Source of the DNA: a virus
Length of the DNA stretch: 64,000 bases
Direction: 5' to 3' (one strand)
Virus record (IMG/VR): IMGVR_UViG_3300025131_000013
Location: 1 to 64,000 of that record
A program made the position numbers and the translations under genes. Below, in pieces: positions 36,117 through 46,602 of the stretch; the first letter of the stretch is position 1; each line of letters opens with the position of its first letter. The notes beneath the pieces were generated by a model. That model saw nothing but the letters and a program-made list of their open reading frames with translations, did no database searches and was not told where the DNA came from.

Positions 36117-37126
36117 TCAAGGTATTCTATGTAGACGCTTTTGCCCAAGAGAGGTATTCAGGCCCCTTTAGGCTCAAAGGATTCGAGTTGGCTAAGTTCG
36201 ATGCGGTTGCGTTTGATTACCGACAGATCGGATATACTCACGGGGAGCTAGGGCTGAATCACTCTCTACTCAATTCTTTGAGGGTTTTCAGACCGGATGT
36301 TATATTCGTCAACAAGGGGCACTTCGGGATTAATCAGAAGGTGCTAAGGCAGTTCCTTGACGATAATCCTCATACTATGCTCATCACTTGGACCGGAGAT
36401 CAGCGCGGGACGGTAATGGATGAGGTAGTTCCCTGTGCTCAACTCTCTCATGTCCTTGCCCATAGTAATGACGATCCTAAGTTGGCTAAAGGGTATAATG
36501 AGGTGGGCGTCCCTAACGTAATAGAGCATCATTGCGCTACGGACGTTGAGGTGTATAAGCCTCACGATGCCTGGCCGCAATCAATGGAAGGAGAGGTATC
36601 CTTCTTTGGCAGCCAATACGGGGCGTATCCTCTTAGCGGGTTCAGGGATGAAGTCCTGAAAGCTGTTGATAAGGAGTATGACCTAAAGCTGTATGGAGGA
36701 AACTGGGAGAGGGTGTTTCCGGGCAAGCTGACTAGCCAAGCCCATCGAGATAGATACGCTTTGGCTGCCTCCGGCTGTAATATCCAACTCTGTGTCAATG
36801 CCTTCAATAATATCCACCGCTATACGTCGAATCGGGTATGGAACGCTTTGGCGTGCGAGAGGCTTGTTTTACAGCACCATTTCGCCGGGGCTGAGTCTTT
36901 ATTGGGTCCAGGTTGTGAGAATGTAGTATACTTCCAAGATACTGATCAGTGCCTGGCGCTTATTGACTACTATCTGGCCCATAAGGATGAGGCCCAGGAG
37001 ATAGCAGCCAGAGGCAGGAAGTTTGTTGAGGAGGCTCATACCTACTACCATCGGGCTATGGAGCTAAAGGATATATACGACAAGTGGATGGAGGATGATG
37101 CCTGGTCCTTCAACAGGAGGGGATAA
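36113..37126 (+). CDS. CgeB-like glycosyltransferase
   Basis: EHHCATD, TSNRVWNALAC, HTYYHRA; paralog of 2035..2943. Confidence 0.8.
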   Translation: MIKVFYVDAFAQERYSGPFRLKGFELAKFDAVAFDYRQIGYTHGELGLNHSLLNSLRVFRPDVIFVNKGHFGINQKVLRQFLDDNPHTMLITWTGDQRGTVMDEVVPCAQLSHVLAHSNDDPKLAKGYNEVGVPNVIEHHCATDVEVYKPHDAWPQSMEGEVSFFGSQYGAYPLSGFRDEVLKAVDKEYDLKLYGGNWERVFPGKLTSQAHRDRYALAASGCNIQLCVNAFNNIHRYTSNRVWNALACERLVLQHHFAGAESLLGPGCENVVYFQDTDQCLALIDYYLAHKDEAQEIAARGRKFVEEAHTYYHRAMELKDIYDKWMEDDAWSFNRRG

Positions 37127-37956
37127 TGCCTGATGCTTTTTGGCAAACTCCGGAGTTTCTGGAATTCTTGACTAAAGGTAAGGTTGAGAAGACCAGATAT
37201 AATCTGAATGTGGATGATCTATCTCCTGCTATACCAAGGAAAGAATCTACAGACATCCTATTCAAGCTATTCAAGCTATACCCCGGTTTAAAGGTGGATG
37301 CCTTTGTAATCCCTGACTGGAGAGGCGAGGCCTGTGTTAAGGACTACCCTGGTTGGATACAGGAAGTCAAGACCCTGGTCGATATGTTCGATCTGAGGCT
37401 CCACCACCACGGGCTTAACCATGATTTCAATCAAGGCTTTAGGACAGAGTTCTCGGATAAGTCAATAACTGAATGCGAGGACATTATAATAAAGGCCGTA
37501 GAGGTCTGGAGCAAGGTAGGGTTGGATGTAGGGATGGAAGTCTTCAGGTCACCTAGATGGGTTAGCAGCACGAACCTTTTGGATGCTTGTAAGAATCTAG
37601 GGTTCAAGATAATTGGCCTAAATTGGAGGCAGCATCCGGCAGAAGTATGGAAGAGGGGGATGGATGTAGTATATAGCAATTTCTACTACGCCAATACCCC
37701 GACCTACCCAAGCGGCAAGGCTAAGGATAAGGATCTCCACCAGTTATGGTCTGATTTCTCTAACGAGAGGATCTGCCACGCTCACTTCGGGCATCTAGGA
37801 TACGATGCCTTGAGGAAAAGAGTAGACAACACAAAGGTGGACATAAGAGATATGATCCTTTACGGGGCAGACTACGTGTATCTGGAAGAAGCAACTTCTT
37901 TCCGAGAGGTGGTGAAAAATGCAAATCCCGCTGTTCAAGCCGCATGTCAACCCTAA
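37126..37956 (+). CDS. Polysaccharide deacetylase-like (DUF2334/NodB fold)
   Basis: NVDDLSP, AFVIP, HHHGLNH, FRSPRW. Confidence 0.75.
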   Translation: MPDAFWQTPEFLEFLTKGKVEKTRYNLNVDDLSPAIPRKESTDILFKLFKLYPGLKVDAFVIPDWRGEACVKDYPGWIQEVKTLVDMFDLRLHHHGLNHDFNQGFRTEFSDKSITECEDIIIKAVEVWSKVGLDVGMEVFRSPRWVSSTNLLDACKNLGFKIIGLNWRQHPAEVWKRGMDVVYSNFYYANTPTYPSGKAKDKDLHQLWSDFSNERICHAHFGHLGYDALRKRVDNTKVDIRDMILYGADYVYLEEATSFREVVKNANPAVQAACQP

Positions 37957-39061
37957 AGCCCTAAAGGGATTAGCCGATATATTTGAGTCCGGTTGGACGG
38001 GTCTTGGCCCAAAGACTGAGGAGTTTGAAGAGGCTTTCTGCGAATATACCGGGGCTAAGTATGCGGTAGCTGTCAACTCGTGTACAGCAGCCCTACACTT
38101 AGCCTTAATTTGCGCTGGATCAAGGGATGAAGAGACAGTCATATCAACTCCTATGACTTTTGTTTCGTCCAATGAGGCTATTAAGTATACCGGGGCATAC
38201 GTTGATTTCGCAGACGTATGTTCTGAAACGCTTAGTATGGACCCCAAATCTTTACAAAAGATGTGCGAGGATCAAGGGCCACCGAAGGTTGTAGTTGTAG
38301 TCCACTATGGTGGCTCTCCGGCAGAAATTGATTCTTTTTCTAGTCTCCAAGATCAATACGGCTTCGAGATTGTATGGGATTGCGCCCATGCTATGGGTGC
38401 TTCTCATAGGGATAGGAAGCTGGGATCTTTTGAGAAGTTTGCCTGCTTCTCTTTTCACGCGGTAAAGAATCTAGGGATTGGTGACGGAGGGATGATAGCG
38501 ACGAATGATCAAGAGGTCTATGAGCGTCTCAAGCGTCTAAGATGGATGGGCGTTGATAGCTCGACTTACGAAAGATCCTCAAACGGAAAGTATAAATGGT
38601 TGTATTCCGTAGATGAGTTGGGGTATAAGTATCACATGAACGATGTCATGGCTACGATTGCTTTGGCTCAGCTTAAGGATCTAGAGTGGCAAAACGAGAG
38701 GCGCAGGAATTTAGCCCTCCAATACCAGCATTTTCTCGTAGACCAATGGGCTTCTAATGGGGATCTGCAGATCGTTAATCCTTATAAGTCAGATAGGGAA
38801 AATGCCCAGCACCTGTTCGTTATACGGGTGAAGAAGGGGGCAAGGGACGGCTTACATAACTATTTGGCTAAAAGAGGGATCACTACCGGGGTCCATTATT
38901 ACCCGAACCACCTATACAAGATGTTTTACGGGCAGTACCAGTGCCAGCAGGCTTGCTTGGCATTTGAGGAAATCCTTAGCCTACCGATGTATTGGCAGAT
39001 GGAAACTGAGGAGCAGACTTATGTTTGCGAAGCAATTAAGTCCTATTTTAACGCTGTCTGA
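37919..39061 (+). CDS. DegT/DnrJ/EryC1/StrS sugar aminotransferase
   Basis: VNSCTAALHLA, DCAHA, FSFHAVKNL..GDGGM, LSLPM. Confidence 0.92.
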   Translation: MQIPLFKPHVNPKALKGLADIFESGWTGLGPKTEEFEEAFCEYTGAKYAVAVNSCTAALHLALICAGSRDEETVISTPMTFVSSNEAIKYTGAYVDFADVCSETLSMDPKSLQKMCEDQGPPKVVVVVHYGGSPAEIDSFSSLQDQYGFEIVWDCAHAMGASHRDRKLGSFEKFACFSFHAVKNLGIGDGGMIATNDQEVYERLKRLRWMGVDSSTYERSSNGKYKWLYSVDELGYKYHMNDVMATIALAQLKDLEWQNERRRNLALQYQHFLVDQWASNGDLQIVNPYKSDRENAQHLFVIRVKKGARDGLHNYLAKRGITTGVHYYPNHLYKMFYGQYQCQQACLAFEEILSLPMYWQMETEEQTYVCEAIKSYFNAV

Positions 39062-39065
39062 TAAG

Positions 39066-39620
39066 ATGGCGATTAAAAATCTTGTTCCAAAGGAGCAAGA
39101 TAAGGTTCCTGTAACTCAACTTCGATGGATGATGGATCTGAGGAATAGGGATCAGGGCGTCCGGGATGCTCTAGGGATAGAGGGGCAACAGACTTGGGAA
39201 GAGCAATTGGCTTGGTACAAGGGTTTCATCTTCGACCATAAATCAGCTATTTATATGATTCACTACGGCAGTAATTTTGCCGGATACTTGAACTTTACAG
39301 CTCTTGATCTAAAGGGAAGGCACACTGAGATAGGGATTAAGATGACTGAGGCCTACCGGGGACAGGGGATAGGGAGGCAAGCCTTCGAGTTCTGGTGTGA
39401 TATGCTTACCAAATACTATAACCTGAATAAGCTCTACCTTTGGGTAAGGGAGCATAATTTACCCGCAATAGGCCTGTATGAGTCTATGGGTTTTGTTGAA
39501 ACAGGGCGCCACAAGGCTCACTTTTATGATGATGAATCAGGTCATTGGAGCGATTATATCTTAATGTCTCTGTACCATATTCTCTTTACGCCTTCAACTA
39601 TAGAGAAGAAGGATGGTTGA
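39066..39620 (+). CDS. GNAT N-acetyltransferase (PseH/RimJ-like)
   Basis: YRGQGIG, V.EHN.PAI.LYE.MGFVE.G. Confidence 0.85.
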   Translation: MAIKNLVPKEQDKVPVTQLRWMMDLRNRDQGVRDALGIEGQQTWEEQLAWYKGFIFDHKSAIYMIHYGSNFAGYLNFTALDLKGRHTEIGIKMTEAYRGQGIGRQAFEFWCDMLTKYYNLNKLYLWVREHNLPAIGLYESMGFVETGRHKAHFYDDESGHWSDYILMSLYHILFTPSTIEKKDG

Positions 39621-39673
39621 TTCTATCCAAGGTTGTTGGTATAAGTTAGCGACCGAACTATTTCAGGAGAAAT

Positions 39674-40309
39674 GTGATGCCCTACGCTGTAGCAAATGAC
39701 GCCGCGTCTCTTGCTGGCCTACAGGCTGGTGATGTAACAGCGGCCCACGCAACCCTAGCAGACGATATCGTTGACTCTCTGATGAATAGGGTGCCGGATG
39801 GTTTTAATCAAGTCACAGCTTCTGCGGAGTCACACACAGTGCGTATCGCTGGAACGCGTGAGCTTCTATTAAATCATCATCCGGTGATTTCTATTACTAC
39901 GGTGGTAGTGGACGCCAGGGCTTCTAATCCTACCACTCTAAATTCGGGTAACTATAGAGAGGAAAATGGAATCCTCAAGTTAGTTACCCCGGCTGCGGTG
40001 AACGCAGGGATAGAGTGGGTTTCTTCATGGCCAGTTGGAATCGAGCAAGTTGATGTCACCTACGAATACGGATATTCGTCAACTCCTGCTCTGATAGTCC
40101 AACTGGCTAATATTATCGCCGGAGAGATTGGCAAGAAGGCTAATCAAGCAGCCAATCAGCCAGCCTCCGGAGCTTCAAAAGTCCGAATCGGAGACTTTGA
40201 GGAGCAGTATGCGTCCGGATCAATGGACGCTATTACTCAAATGCTTACTGAAACAGGCAAGGTAATCCTTGCTCAAGCGAACTTAATTTATCGGGAGTAT
40301 CGCTACTGA
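39674..40309 (+). CDS. Head-tail adaptor
   Basis: L.HHPVISI..V, VTYEYGY..TP, V.IGDF...Y; synteny. Confidence 0.7.
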   Translation: MMPYAVANDAASLAGLQAGDVTAAHATLADDIVDSLMNRVPDGFNQVTASAESHTVRIAGTRELLLNHHPVISITTVVVDARASNPTTLNSGNYREENGILKLVTPAAVNAGIEWVSSWPVGIEQVDVTYEYGYSSTPALIVQLANIIAGEIGKKANQAANQPASGASKVRIGDFEEQYASGSMDAITQMLTETGKVILAQANLIYREYRY

Positions 40310-40674
40310 TGGCTATCCAGATCCCGACAATATATCTGAATCGGATAGCAACAATTACACGACCTGCCGATCCTTCAACTGCTGATGCTTCTGGTGTGAT
40401 CGGAGCACACACTACTGTTTCATTAGTTGCTAAGATAAGGATCTACCAGAACGATGATTATGGAGGTCGGACTGGTAAGATTGAAGAACAGGGTGTTGTA
40501 GCCGCTTCCTCGCATAAGGCGGTAGTTGGTGCGAACGAGGATGTATTAGCTGGAGATACGCTGGTAGATAATGCTACAAGTGAGTCCTTTTCAATTAACC
40601 TAGTAGATAGTCAGCCAGCAGGATACGTAGGCTCTCATAAAGAGATTTGGCTGACTTCGTCAGAGTATAAGTAA
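40309..40674 (+). CDS. Head-closure (stopper) protein
   Basis: Size and synteny. Confidence 0.6.
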   Translation: MAIQIPTIYLNRIATITRPADPSTADASGVIGAHTTVSLVAKIRIYQNDDYGGRTGKIEEQGVVAASSHKAVVGANEDVLAGDTLVDNATSESFSINLVDSQPAGYVGSHKEIWLTSSEYK

Positions 40675-41117
40675 TGGCTTCTAACAGACACATCTTTAGT
40701 GTAAGGTGGATAGGCATACCTAGCGCAATTATTAGCTTCCAGAATGAATTTAACGCAATTATTCGTGAAGCTAGGACAGTTGTGAAGAATACAGCTAACC
40801 GGACAGCTAGGAAGTCAGCTACTGCTCTTAGGCGAGGCAGGTATAAGGCGTATCAGTCAGGGAGACTTGCTAGTGCCCACTCGGTTGCTGAAATGATGAA
40901 TACAAATACGATAAAGACATATAGGGTTGCTAACACCTCAGACTACGCTCTGTTTATTCATAACGGGACCAAAAGGATGGCTGGTAGGCCGTGGCTCCGA
41001 GGAACGCTGAACGGAGAAATACCTAAGTTTACTAAGGATATCAGGGCTGTGGTTGCTCGTAAGAAGACAGTTGAGGTTGGGTCAGCACCTTCGTTATCCT
41101 TTACGGCTGGAAGGTAA
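40674..41117 (+). CDS. HK97 gp10-like neck/tail component
   Basis: SGRL, YA.FIHNGTKRMAGRPWL. Confidence 0.8.
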   Translation: MASNRHIFSVRWIGIPSAIISFQNEFNAIIREARTVVKNTANRTARKSATALRRGRYKAYQSGRLASAHSVAEMMNTNTIKTYRVANTSDYALFIHNGTKRMAGRPWLRGTLNGEIPKFTKDIRAVVARKKTVEVGSAPSLSFTAGR

Positions 41118-41120
41118 GAG

Positions 41121-41555
41121 ATGCCAGCAATTGCCCAAGATGATTATTTAATACAAGCCGCAATAGCCTATCTTCTGGCTGATGCGGATGTTTCTGGTAT
41201 AGTAGGAACGGATGTATACCAGAAAGATACGGAACTCGTTGGGGTAACACCACCTTACGTGACCGTGGGATTCGATTTTGAATCCAAAGTTTTAGGAATC
41301 TCGTCAAATAGGGGAACTTTCACGGTGATATGCTGGTATGCGGATAGTCCGTCTACCAACATCACACTACTCCGTCAACTGGCAGCAGAGGTTCGTAGGT
41401 TGTTCGACGTAGAGCACGCAGTTTCCTCCATTTTATCATATAAGAGCGGCCTCAAACTGCGCTACTCATCTCTACGTGACTCTCCAGTCTTAGTCGATAC
41501 AACCGACAACCTGTATTGGTGTCCAGCTGAGTTTGACGCTATTCTAGACACCTAA
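41121..41555 (+). CDS. Tail terminator (DUF3168-like)
   Basis: L.AD..V..IVG..VY, PPYVT.G; synteny. Confidence 0.7.
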   Translation: MPAIAQDDYLIQAAIAYLLADADVSGIVGTDVYQKDTELVGVTPPYVTVGFDFESKVLGISSNRGTFTVICWYADSPSTNITLLRQLAAEVRRLFDVEHAVSSILSYKSGLKLRYSSLRDSPVLVDTTDNLYWCPAEFDAILDT

Positions 41556-41575
41556 CTACGAAAGGAGGTGGAAAA

Positions 41576-42067
41576 TTGGCTGTTCAGTTCGGTATTGCTA
41601 CGATGAAGATGACGCCGCAGACTGCGGGCGGATCTCCTGACTCTAATGTAGGTCCGATCACCATGGGAATTCTTCAGAATGTGTCGTTGGACTTCTCGTT
41701 CGACTTTGCACAGCTATACGGTGGTTCTGGAGTGTTCCCGGTAGATGTTCGCGTCCATACAGGTTCTATTAACGGTCAGGCTGAAGAAGCTGAGATGACC
41801 GGCATCTTCTTCGCTTTATTGACTGGCGGGACTCAATCGAACGCAACGGTGACATTCACGAATACTACTCAGCCAACGGAGTGGCAGCTTGAGTTGGAAT
41901 TGGCTACGGATAGTTCGGATATGAACTTTACGTTGAATGCTTGCCGTTCTTCGTCGTTCAATGTCCCGTTCGCCCGTGATAGTCATGTTATTACCGGATT
42001 TCAGTTCCAGGCTTTTGCCGATAATAGCGGTAATATCGGAACACTTGTGATAGATGATCCAAGCTAA
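41576..42067 (+). CDS. Major tail (tube) protein
   Basis: Strong SD, TTG start, position before the chaperones and TMP. Confidence 0.7.
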   Translation: MAVQFGIATMKMTPQTAGGSPDSNVGPITMGILQNVSLDFSFDFAQLYGGSGVFPVDVRVHTGSINGQAEEAEMTGIFFALLTGGTQSNATVTFTNTTQPTEWQLELELATDSSDMNFTLNACRSSSFNVPFARDSHVITGFQFQAFADNSGNIGTLVIDDPS

Positions 42068-42094
42068 GTAGTTAAGAACACCCAACAGGCCTGT

Positions 42095-42128
42095 AGGGTG
42101 GCGGCGCTTGGGTCGTCACCCTCCTTTA
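42095..42128 (+). terminator. Intrinsic terminator after the tail tube gene
   Basis: AGGGTGGCGGC/GTCGTCACCCT followed by CCTTTT. Confidence 0.6.
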
Positions 42129-42144
42129 CTACGGAGTAGTCAAG

Positions 42145-42657
42145 ATGAATGCACCAATAAAGAAGCATAAGAGTAAGAAGAAACGCCGTCCAGAGACACC
42201 TCTTGAACCTGAAGCCGTAAAGGAAGTGGAGGATGAAGAGGAAGCTGGTGTGTTTGAGGAAGAGGATGAACTCTCTGTTTTGGAAATAGCCTCTGATCTT
42301 GATGGCACTCCACGGCCAGATGAGAACTTTGTTCTTAAGATCAATGGTAAGGACTACAAACTCGTTCCTGCTACCTTACGAGACATCCCGAAGTTGGGTG
42401 GTCTCGTTCAGTCGATTACTGCCTCGGCTGAGGATGAAGATGAGATGTCTTTCTTCTCTGAAGAGAAAGTCAATCTCGTTGCTGAACTAATTCTACTTTC
42501 CCTCTCGAAAAAAGATCGCAAGAAGGTCACAATAGACGACATTCTTGATTCTTGTCAGTTTGCAGACTTTCCGTTGGCGCTTCAGGCTTGTCTAAGTCTG
42601 AATGATTTTTTAAGAAGGATGGGTCAAGTCAAGAGGACGATGGAGAGCCTGGTCTAG
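42145..42657 (+). CDS. Tail assembly chaperone (gpG-like)
   Basis: Position upstream of TMP; slippery site near the 3' end. Confidence 0.75.
   Translation: MNAPIKKHKSKKKRRPETPLEPEAVKEVEDEEEAGVFEEEDELSVLEIASDLDGTPRPDENFVLKINGKDYKLVPATLRDIPKLGGLVQSITASAEDEDEMSFFSEEKVNLVAELILLSLSKKDRKKVTIDDILDSCQFADFPLALQACLSLNDFLRRMGQVKRTMESLV
42606..42612 (+). other. -1 programmed frameshift site T TTT TTA
   Basis: In-frame GAT TTT TTA; the -1 frame is open through 43145. Confidence 0.8.
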
Positions 42658-42677
42658 TCGATCCTTATCATATAGCT

Positions 42678-43145
42678 ATGACAATGTATGTGTTCTGTAG
42701 CGAATGTGGCTGGAAGCCAAAAGACTTCTTTGACTTAACTCGCAGGCAAATGAATGCCCTTATGAAGGGGCGAGAGAAATGGTTCAGACAAAAAGCGAAG
42801 GCAGAGGAAGATGCTGAGAAGGGCATCAAGCCTAGAGAACCTGTAAAAGGCGGTAACTATCGAACCAGAGCGGAAAATATCCACTATAATAAGGAGGCAG
42901 GAAACGCTTCGATTGTCGGTGGTAGCGAGATTAGTAAAGCGATAGAGGTTGCCGGCGATAAGGGCAAGATATCAGTTAGCTCCACCGGGGGAATGTTTGA
43001 AGGTCTTTCTAAGGCAGGCGGGATGGATACGAAGGTCTGGAGAGGCGGGGTCAAGAGGAAGGATCGACCCAAGAGTCAGAAGGAAAAGATAGCAGCAATC
43101 AAACGGGAAATGGCTCATAACGAAAAGCACTACGGGATAGACTAA
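42678..43145 (+). CDS. Tail assembly chaperone C-terminal extension (gpT-like)
   Basis: GWKPKDFFDLTRRQ..L; reached by the -1 frameshift. Confidence 0.7.
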   Translation: MTMYVFCSECGWKPKDFFDLTRRQMNALMKGREKWFRQKAKAEEDAEKGIKPREPVKGGNYRTRAENIHYNKEAGNASIVGGSEISKAIEVAGDKGKISVSSTGGMFEGLSKAGGMDTKVWRGGVKRKDRPKSQKEKIAAIKREMAHNEKHYGID

Positions 43146-43146
43146 G

Positions 43147-46100
43147 ATGCCATCTAAAGTAGCCTCAATATTTGCCGACATCGGCGTTGTTTTAGGGGGA
43201 TTCAATAGAGGAATGCAGGCCATCAAGTCCTCATTCCTTACCCTTAATAATGTTGCTGGTGATTCAGAGGCAATTCTGCGTCAAGCGGGATTTGCTTTAA
43301 CAGCTGTTAGTGTTGCCGCTGCTGCACTAGGCAGAGTAACTATAAAGACATTCGTTGAGTTCGAGCAGTCCATAGCGAACGTAGCGAGTGTCCTGGATGG
43401 CATGGATAGTGATTTTGAGGCGTTAGAAAGTGCCGCCAGAAAAGCAGCTATCCAGACTATTTTTACGGCTAACCAAGCCGCAGATGCTATGTATGTTCTT
43501 GGTTCTGCCGGTCTTGAGACGGGTGAGATCTTCTCAGCCCTTGAGCCTATTCTCGCTCTTGCTGCCGCTACTCAAGCTGAGATCGCTGATTCCGCTCGAC
43601 TAGTGGTATCGGCGATGGTTGCTTTCCAGATCCCGTTCTCGGATACCGCTAGAGCAGCCAACGCATTTGCCGCGGCAATCGCGAATTCTCAGGCTACTAT
43701 GGATAGGTTGACGAACTCAATGAAGTTTGTCGCCCCGGTAGCCAGAGCCGCAGGAATCTCGTTTGAGCAGACTACGGCGGCACTCTCCCAGTTACTCGAC
43801 GCAGGCATCTCTGCTTCGACTGCTGGCGTCTACCTCCGTGGTATTATGCTGAGTCTTCAGAATCCTACTATGAGGGCTAGAGGCGCAATTCGATCTCTTG
43901 GGCTCAGCATGGAGGATGTTTCACCTCAGGTGAATGATCTGGCTCAGATTATCCAGAACCTTGAAAGCGTCCAAGCGGGTGCCGTAGATAAGGGTGATGA
44001 GCTAGCGGACATCTTCGGTAGACGTTATACCACCGCAATGCAGGTCTTGATCCGGCTAGGATCTACTGCTCTTAGGGACTTTGAGGCCGGGATTACTGGG
44101 ACCAATAAGGCTTTCGATCTTCAGATGGTCCAGATTACGACCGTCAAGGGTGGCTGGTTACTCCTTAAGTCAGTCCTTCAGGATTTAGCTATTGGGCTCG
44201 GCAAGGTTCTCCTGCCGGCTCTTGACTTTGTTACTAAGTCATTGAGAGGGATGTTCCTACTCATCAACGAAGCGTTCAATGCCTTGCCTCCGATCCTTCA
44301 GAAAGCAGTGGTAGGGTTCGGTGCTCTAGCTACGGTCCTGATAGCAGTCCTTGGCCCACTGGCTTTATTTGTAGGATTCTTGCCTAAGATGGCGTTAGGT
44401 ATAGGCCTGATTGCGGGCACTATAGCATCGAGTATTGCCCCGTTTATAGCTTGGGCGGGAGCTATAGGATTGGCGGTGACCGCTATCGCAGGGGCTACAG
44501 CTGCTTTCATGGCCTTCCGAAAAGGTTCTGAATCCGGAATCAAGCGTCCTGTTGAAGAGACTATGTCTGTCCTTCGGGCCTTTGAGCAGAGGGTAGACCG
44601 GACTAACTTCTTGCTGGACGAGTATGCGCAGGGTGGAGAAAAGGCAGCCCATGCCGCTGGTGAGCTAGGAAGAATGTTTGTTGGCGTGGAGATGTCTACT
44701 ACGGCAATGGGTAAAGCCCTTACTGTAAATACGGTTGCTATTCGCGAGCAGATCCAAGCAGAGAGAGAATTAATAGACATCAAACGCCAATCTCTAGCTA
44801 CCGATCTACTGACTAATATAGATCAGGAGGTCAAGAAAAGAGATGAATTAATAGAGAGAGTAAGGATATCAGAGAGAGTCTACGAGGGCTCATTAAGAGT
44901 TGCTCGCGGCATGGTGGCGATCGGTAACCAGTCTGCGGCAGCCACCAAGAAACAAAATGATCGCCTTTCAGCAGCTACAAGGACTAGGGAAGCTGACGTA
45001 AATGCTCTTGAAGCTCAAGAGAAGGCTTTGTCTAATACTATAGCTCAATTTGTTAGGGCTGAGTTAGGTATTACTTCTGGTGAGATTTCTCTTGAAGAGT
45101 TTACGGCTGCGGTTGTCGCCGCACGACCTGCTCTTGCCGCTCTTGCCCCGGAATTGTATAAGATTTTCCAGCAGAATCAGAAATTGAACAAATCAGGCGG
45201 GGGATCTACTCAGCGAGATAGGGCTGAACGCCTTAAGGCTGAGACGGATATCCAGAAAGCCCGGTTTGGAGCAGTTGCGGCAGCTAACGCCTTGATCCAG
45301 GATGAGCTTGAGAGGGCGTTGGCAGCTAATAACCTTGCTTTGGACAAAGCCCTTGCGGACGCTGAGAAGAGGGGCAAGGAAGTAGCAGTCTCTCTAGGAG
45401 AGACTATTGGATTAGCCCACGAAGGGCGTTTGGCTGAGAATGCCTTTAAGCGAAAGGATGCGGCCGACAAGAAAGCGCGTGACGCAGCAGAAAAGAGGGC
45501 GATAGCTTCAGCTGAACGCATAGCTAGGGTCAGAAATCAGTTCGAGCAGCAGTCAAATGCCGCTATCGCTGTATCCAGAGCCAATATGATTGCGGATATT
45601 GATCAGCGTGAGATGGCTCAGCTCAAGGCTAGATTTGCTAATCAGATAGTAGCTATTAAAAGATTTGTGGATGAGAATGCTGAACTGAGTGTTGAAGGTA
45701 AGAGGCTGGCCAACCTTAGAATCTTAACTCTTGAGCAAGAGCTCATCTTCAAAGAAGATGAGCTTAGGGTTAAACAGGCTGAGCGTAGGGAGGATGAGAG
45801 GAAAGCAGAAGTCAAGAGATTGAAGAAAGAAAGAGATAAGGCTCTGTCTGAGGATAATCAGTTACAGGAAACGATGGCCGTAATTGATGGGATCCTGGGA
45901 GATTTCAGTAGGGATATTCAGGATATAGTCTTGGACGGTCTGTTCGGTGGAAATAAGGAAGTAGACCGAAGAACCAGAGATAGACTGCAAGATCTGGATG
46001 AGTTCCATCGCCAGCAGAAGGCAAGATTAGCTGGAAATTCCTCGGCTCTCATGGCTCTTGAAAGAGATGTGGCAGAGCAGAGAAGAAGGATTCAGCAGGA

Positions 46101-46602
46101 CGCAAACGAGCAGATAGGGTCGGCCTGGACTAAATTATGGGAAGGCCTCAAGAGATCCTTCATACGGAATATCCTACAGTCGATGGAGCGTAGTCTACGT
46201 GAGTTCATCAAGAGAGCAATCTTAAGGCTGGCTGCTCTCAGGCTAGGAGAGGCTGCGGCGCGTAAGGAGGGTGGCGGGATGCTTACCTTCCTGAAGGTAT
46301 TGGGGACGTTCGCTTCAATAGCGTCCGGCAATCCGTTGCCTGCTCTAGCTGCTGGATCTATCGATCAAGTAGTAGGAGGAGGTGGTGGTGGTGCCGGACC
46401 TGGGACGCATCGTAGTCCTGATTCAGTTCCATTTGCTGGCAAACCAGCTTTAGGCAGAGGTGAAGGCATTACGGTAGTGATCAATAATGATGGTCTTATG
46501 AGAGGTGCTCTTGTTATGGCAGACGATCCAGAGATTATGGATCGAGTTGTCAGGAATACGCTTGAGCCGGCCATCGCTAGAATTCAATCAGAGAACTTGT
46601 AA
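43147..46602 (+). CDS. Tape measure protein (TP901 family)
   Basis: FEQSIANV, FTANQAADAM..LGSAG, MKFVAPVA..AG.SFEQT; 1151 aa. Confidence 0.92.
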   Translation: MPSKVASIFADIGVVLGGFNRGMQAIKSSFLTLNNVAGDSEAILRQAGFALTAVSVAAAALGRVTIKTFVEFEQSIANVASVLDGMDSDFEALESAARKAAIQTIFTANQAADAMYVLGSAGLETGEIFSALEPILALAAATQAEIADSARLVVSAMVAFQIPFSDTARAANAFAAAIANSQATMDRLTNSMKFVAPVARAAGISFEQTTAALSQLLDAGISASTAGVYLRGIMLSLQNPTMRARGAIRSLGLSMEDVSPQVNDLAQIIQNLESVQAGAVDKGDELADIFGRRYTTAMQVLIRLGSTALRDFEAGITGTNKAFDLQMVQITTVKGGWLLLKSVLQDLAIGLGKVLLPALDFVTKSLRGMFLLINEAFNALPPILQKAVVGFGALATVLIAVLGPLALFVGFLPKMALGIGLIAGTIASSIAPFIAWAGAIGLAVTAIAGATAAFMAFRKGSESGIKRPVEETMSVLRAFEQRVDRTNFLLDEYAQGGEKAAHAAGELGRMFVGVEMSTTAMGKALTVNTVAIREQIQAERELIDIKRQSLATDLLTNIDQEVKKRDELIERVRISERVYEGSLRVARGMVAIGNQSAAATKKQNDRLSAATRTREADVNALEAQEKALSNTIAQFVRAELGITSGEISLEEFTAAVVAARPALAALAPELYKIFQQNQKLNKSGGGSTQRDRAERLKAETDIQKARFGAVAAANALIQDELERALAANNLALDKALADAEKRGKEVAVSLGETIGLAHEGRLAENAFKRKDAADKKARDAAEKRAIASAERIARVRNQFEQQSNAAIAVSRANMIADIDQREMAQLKARFANQIVAIKRFVDENAELSVEGKRLANLRILTLEQELIFKEDELRVKQAERREDERKAEVKRLKKERDKALSEDNQLQETMAVIDGILGDFSRDIQDIVLDGLFGGNKEVDRRTRDRLQDLDEFHRQQKARLAGNSSALMALERDVAEQRRRIQQDANEQIGSAWTKLWEGLKRSFIRNILQSMERSLREFIKRAILRLAALRLGEAAARKEGGGMLTFLKVLGTFASIASGNPLPALAAGSIDQVVGGGGGGAGPGTHRSPDSVPFAGKPALGRGEGITVVINNDGLMRGALVMADDPEIMDRVVRNTLEPAIARIQSENL

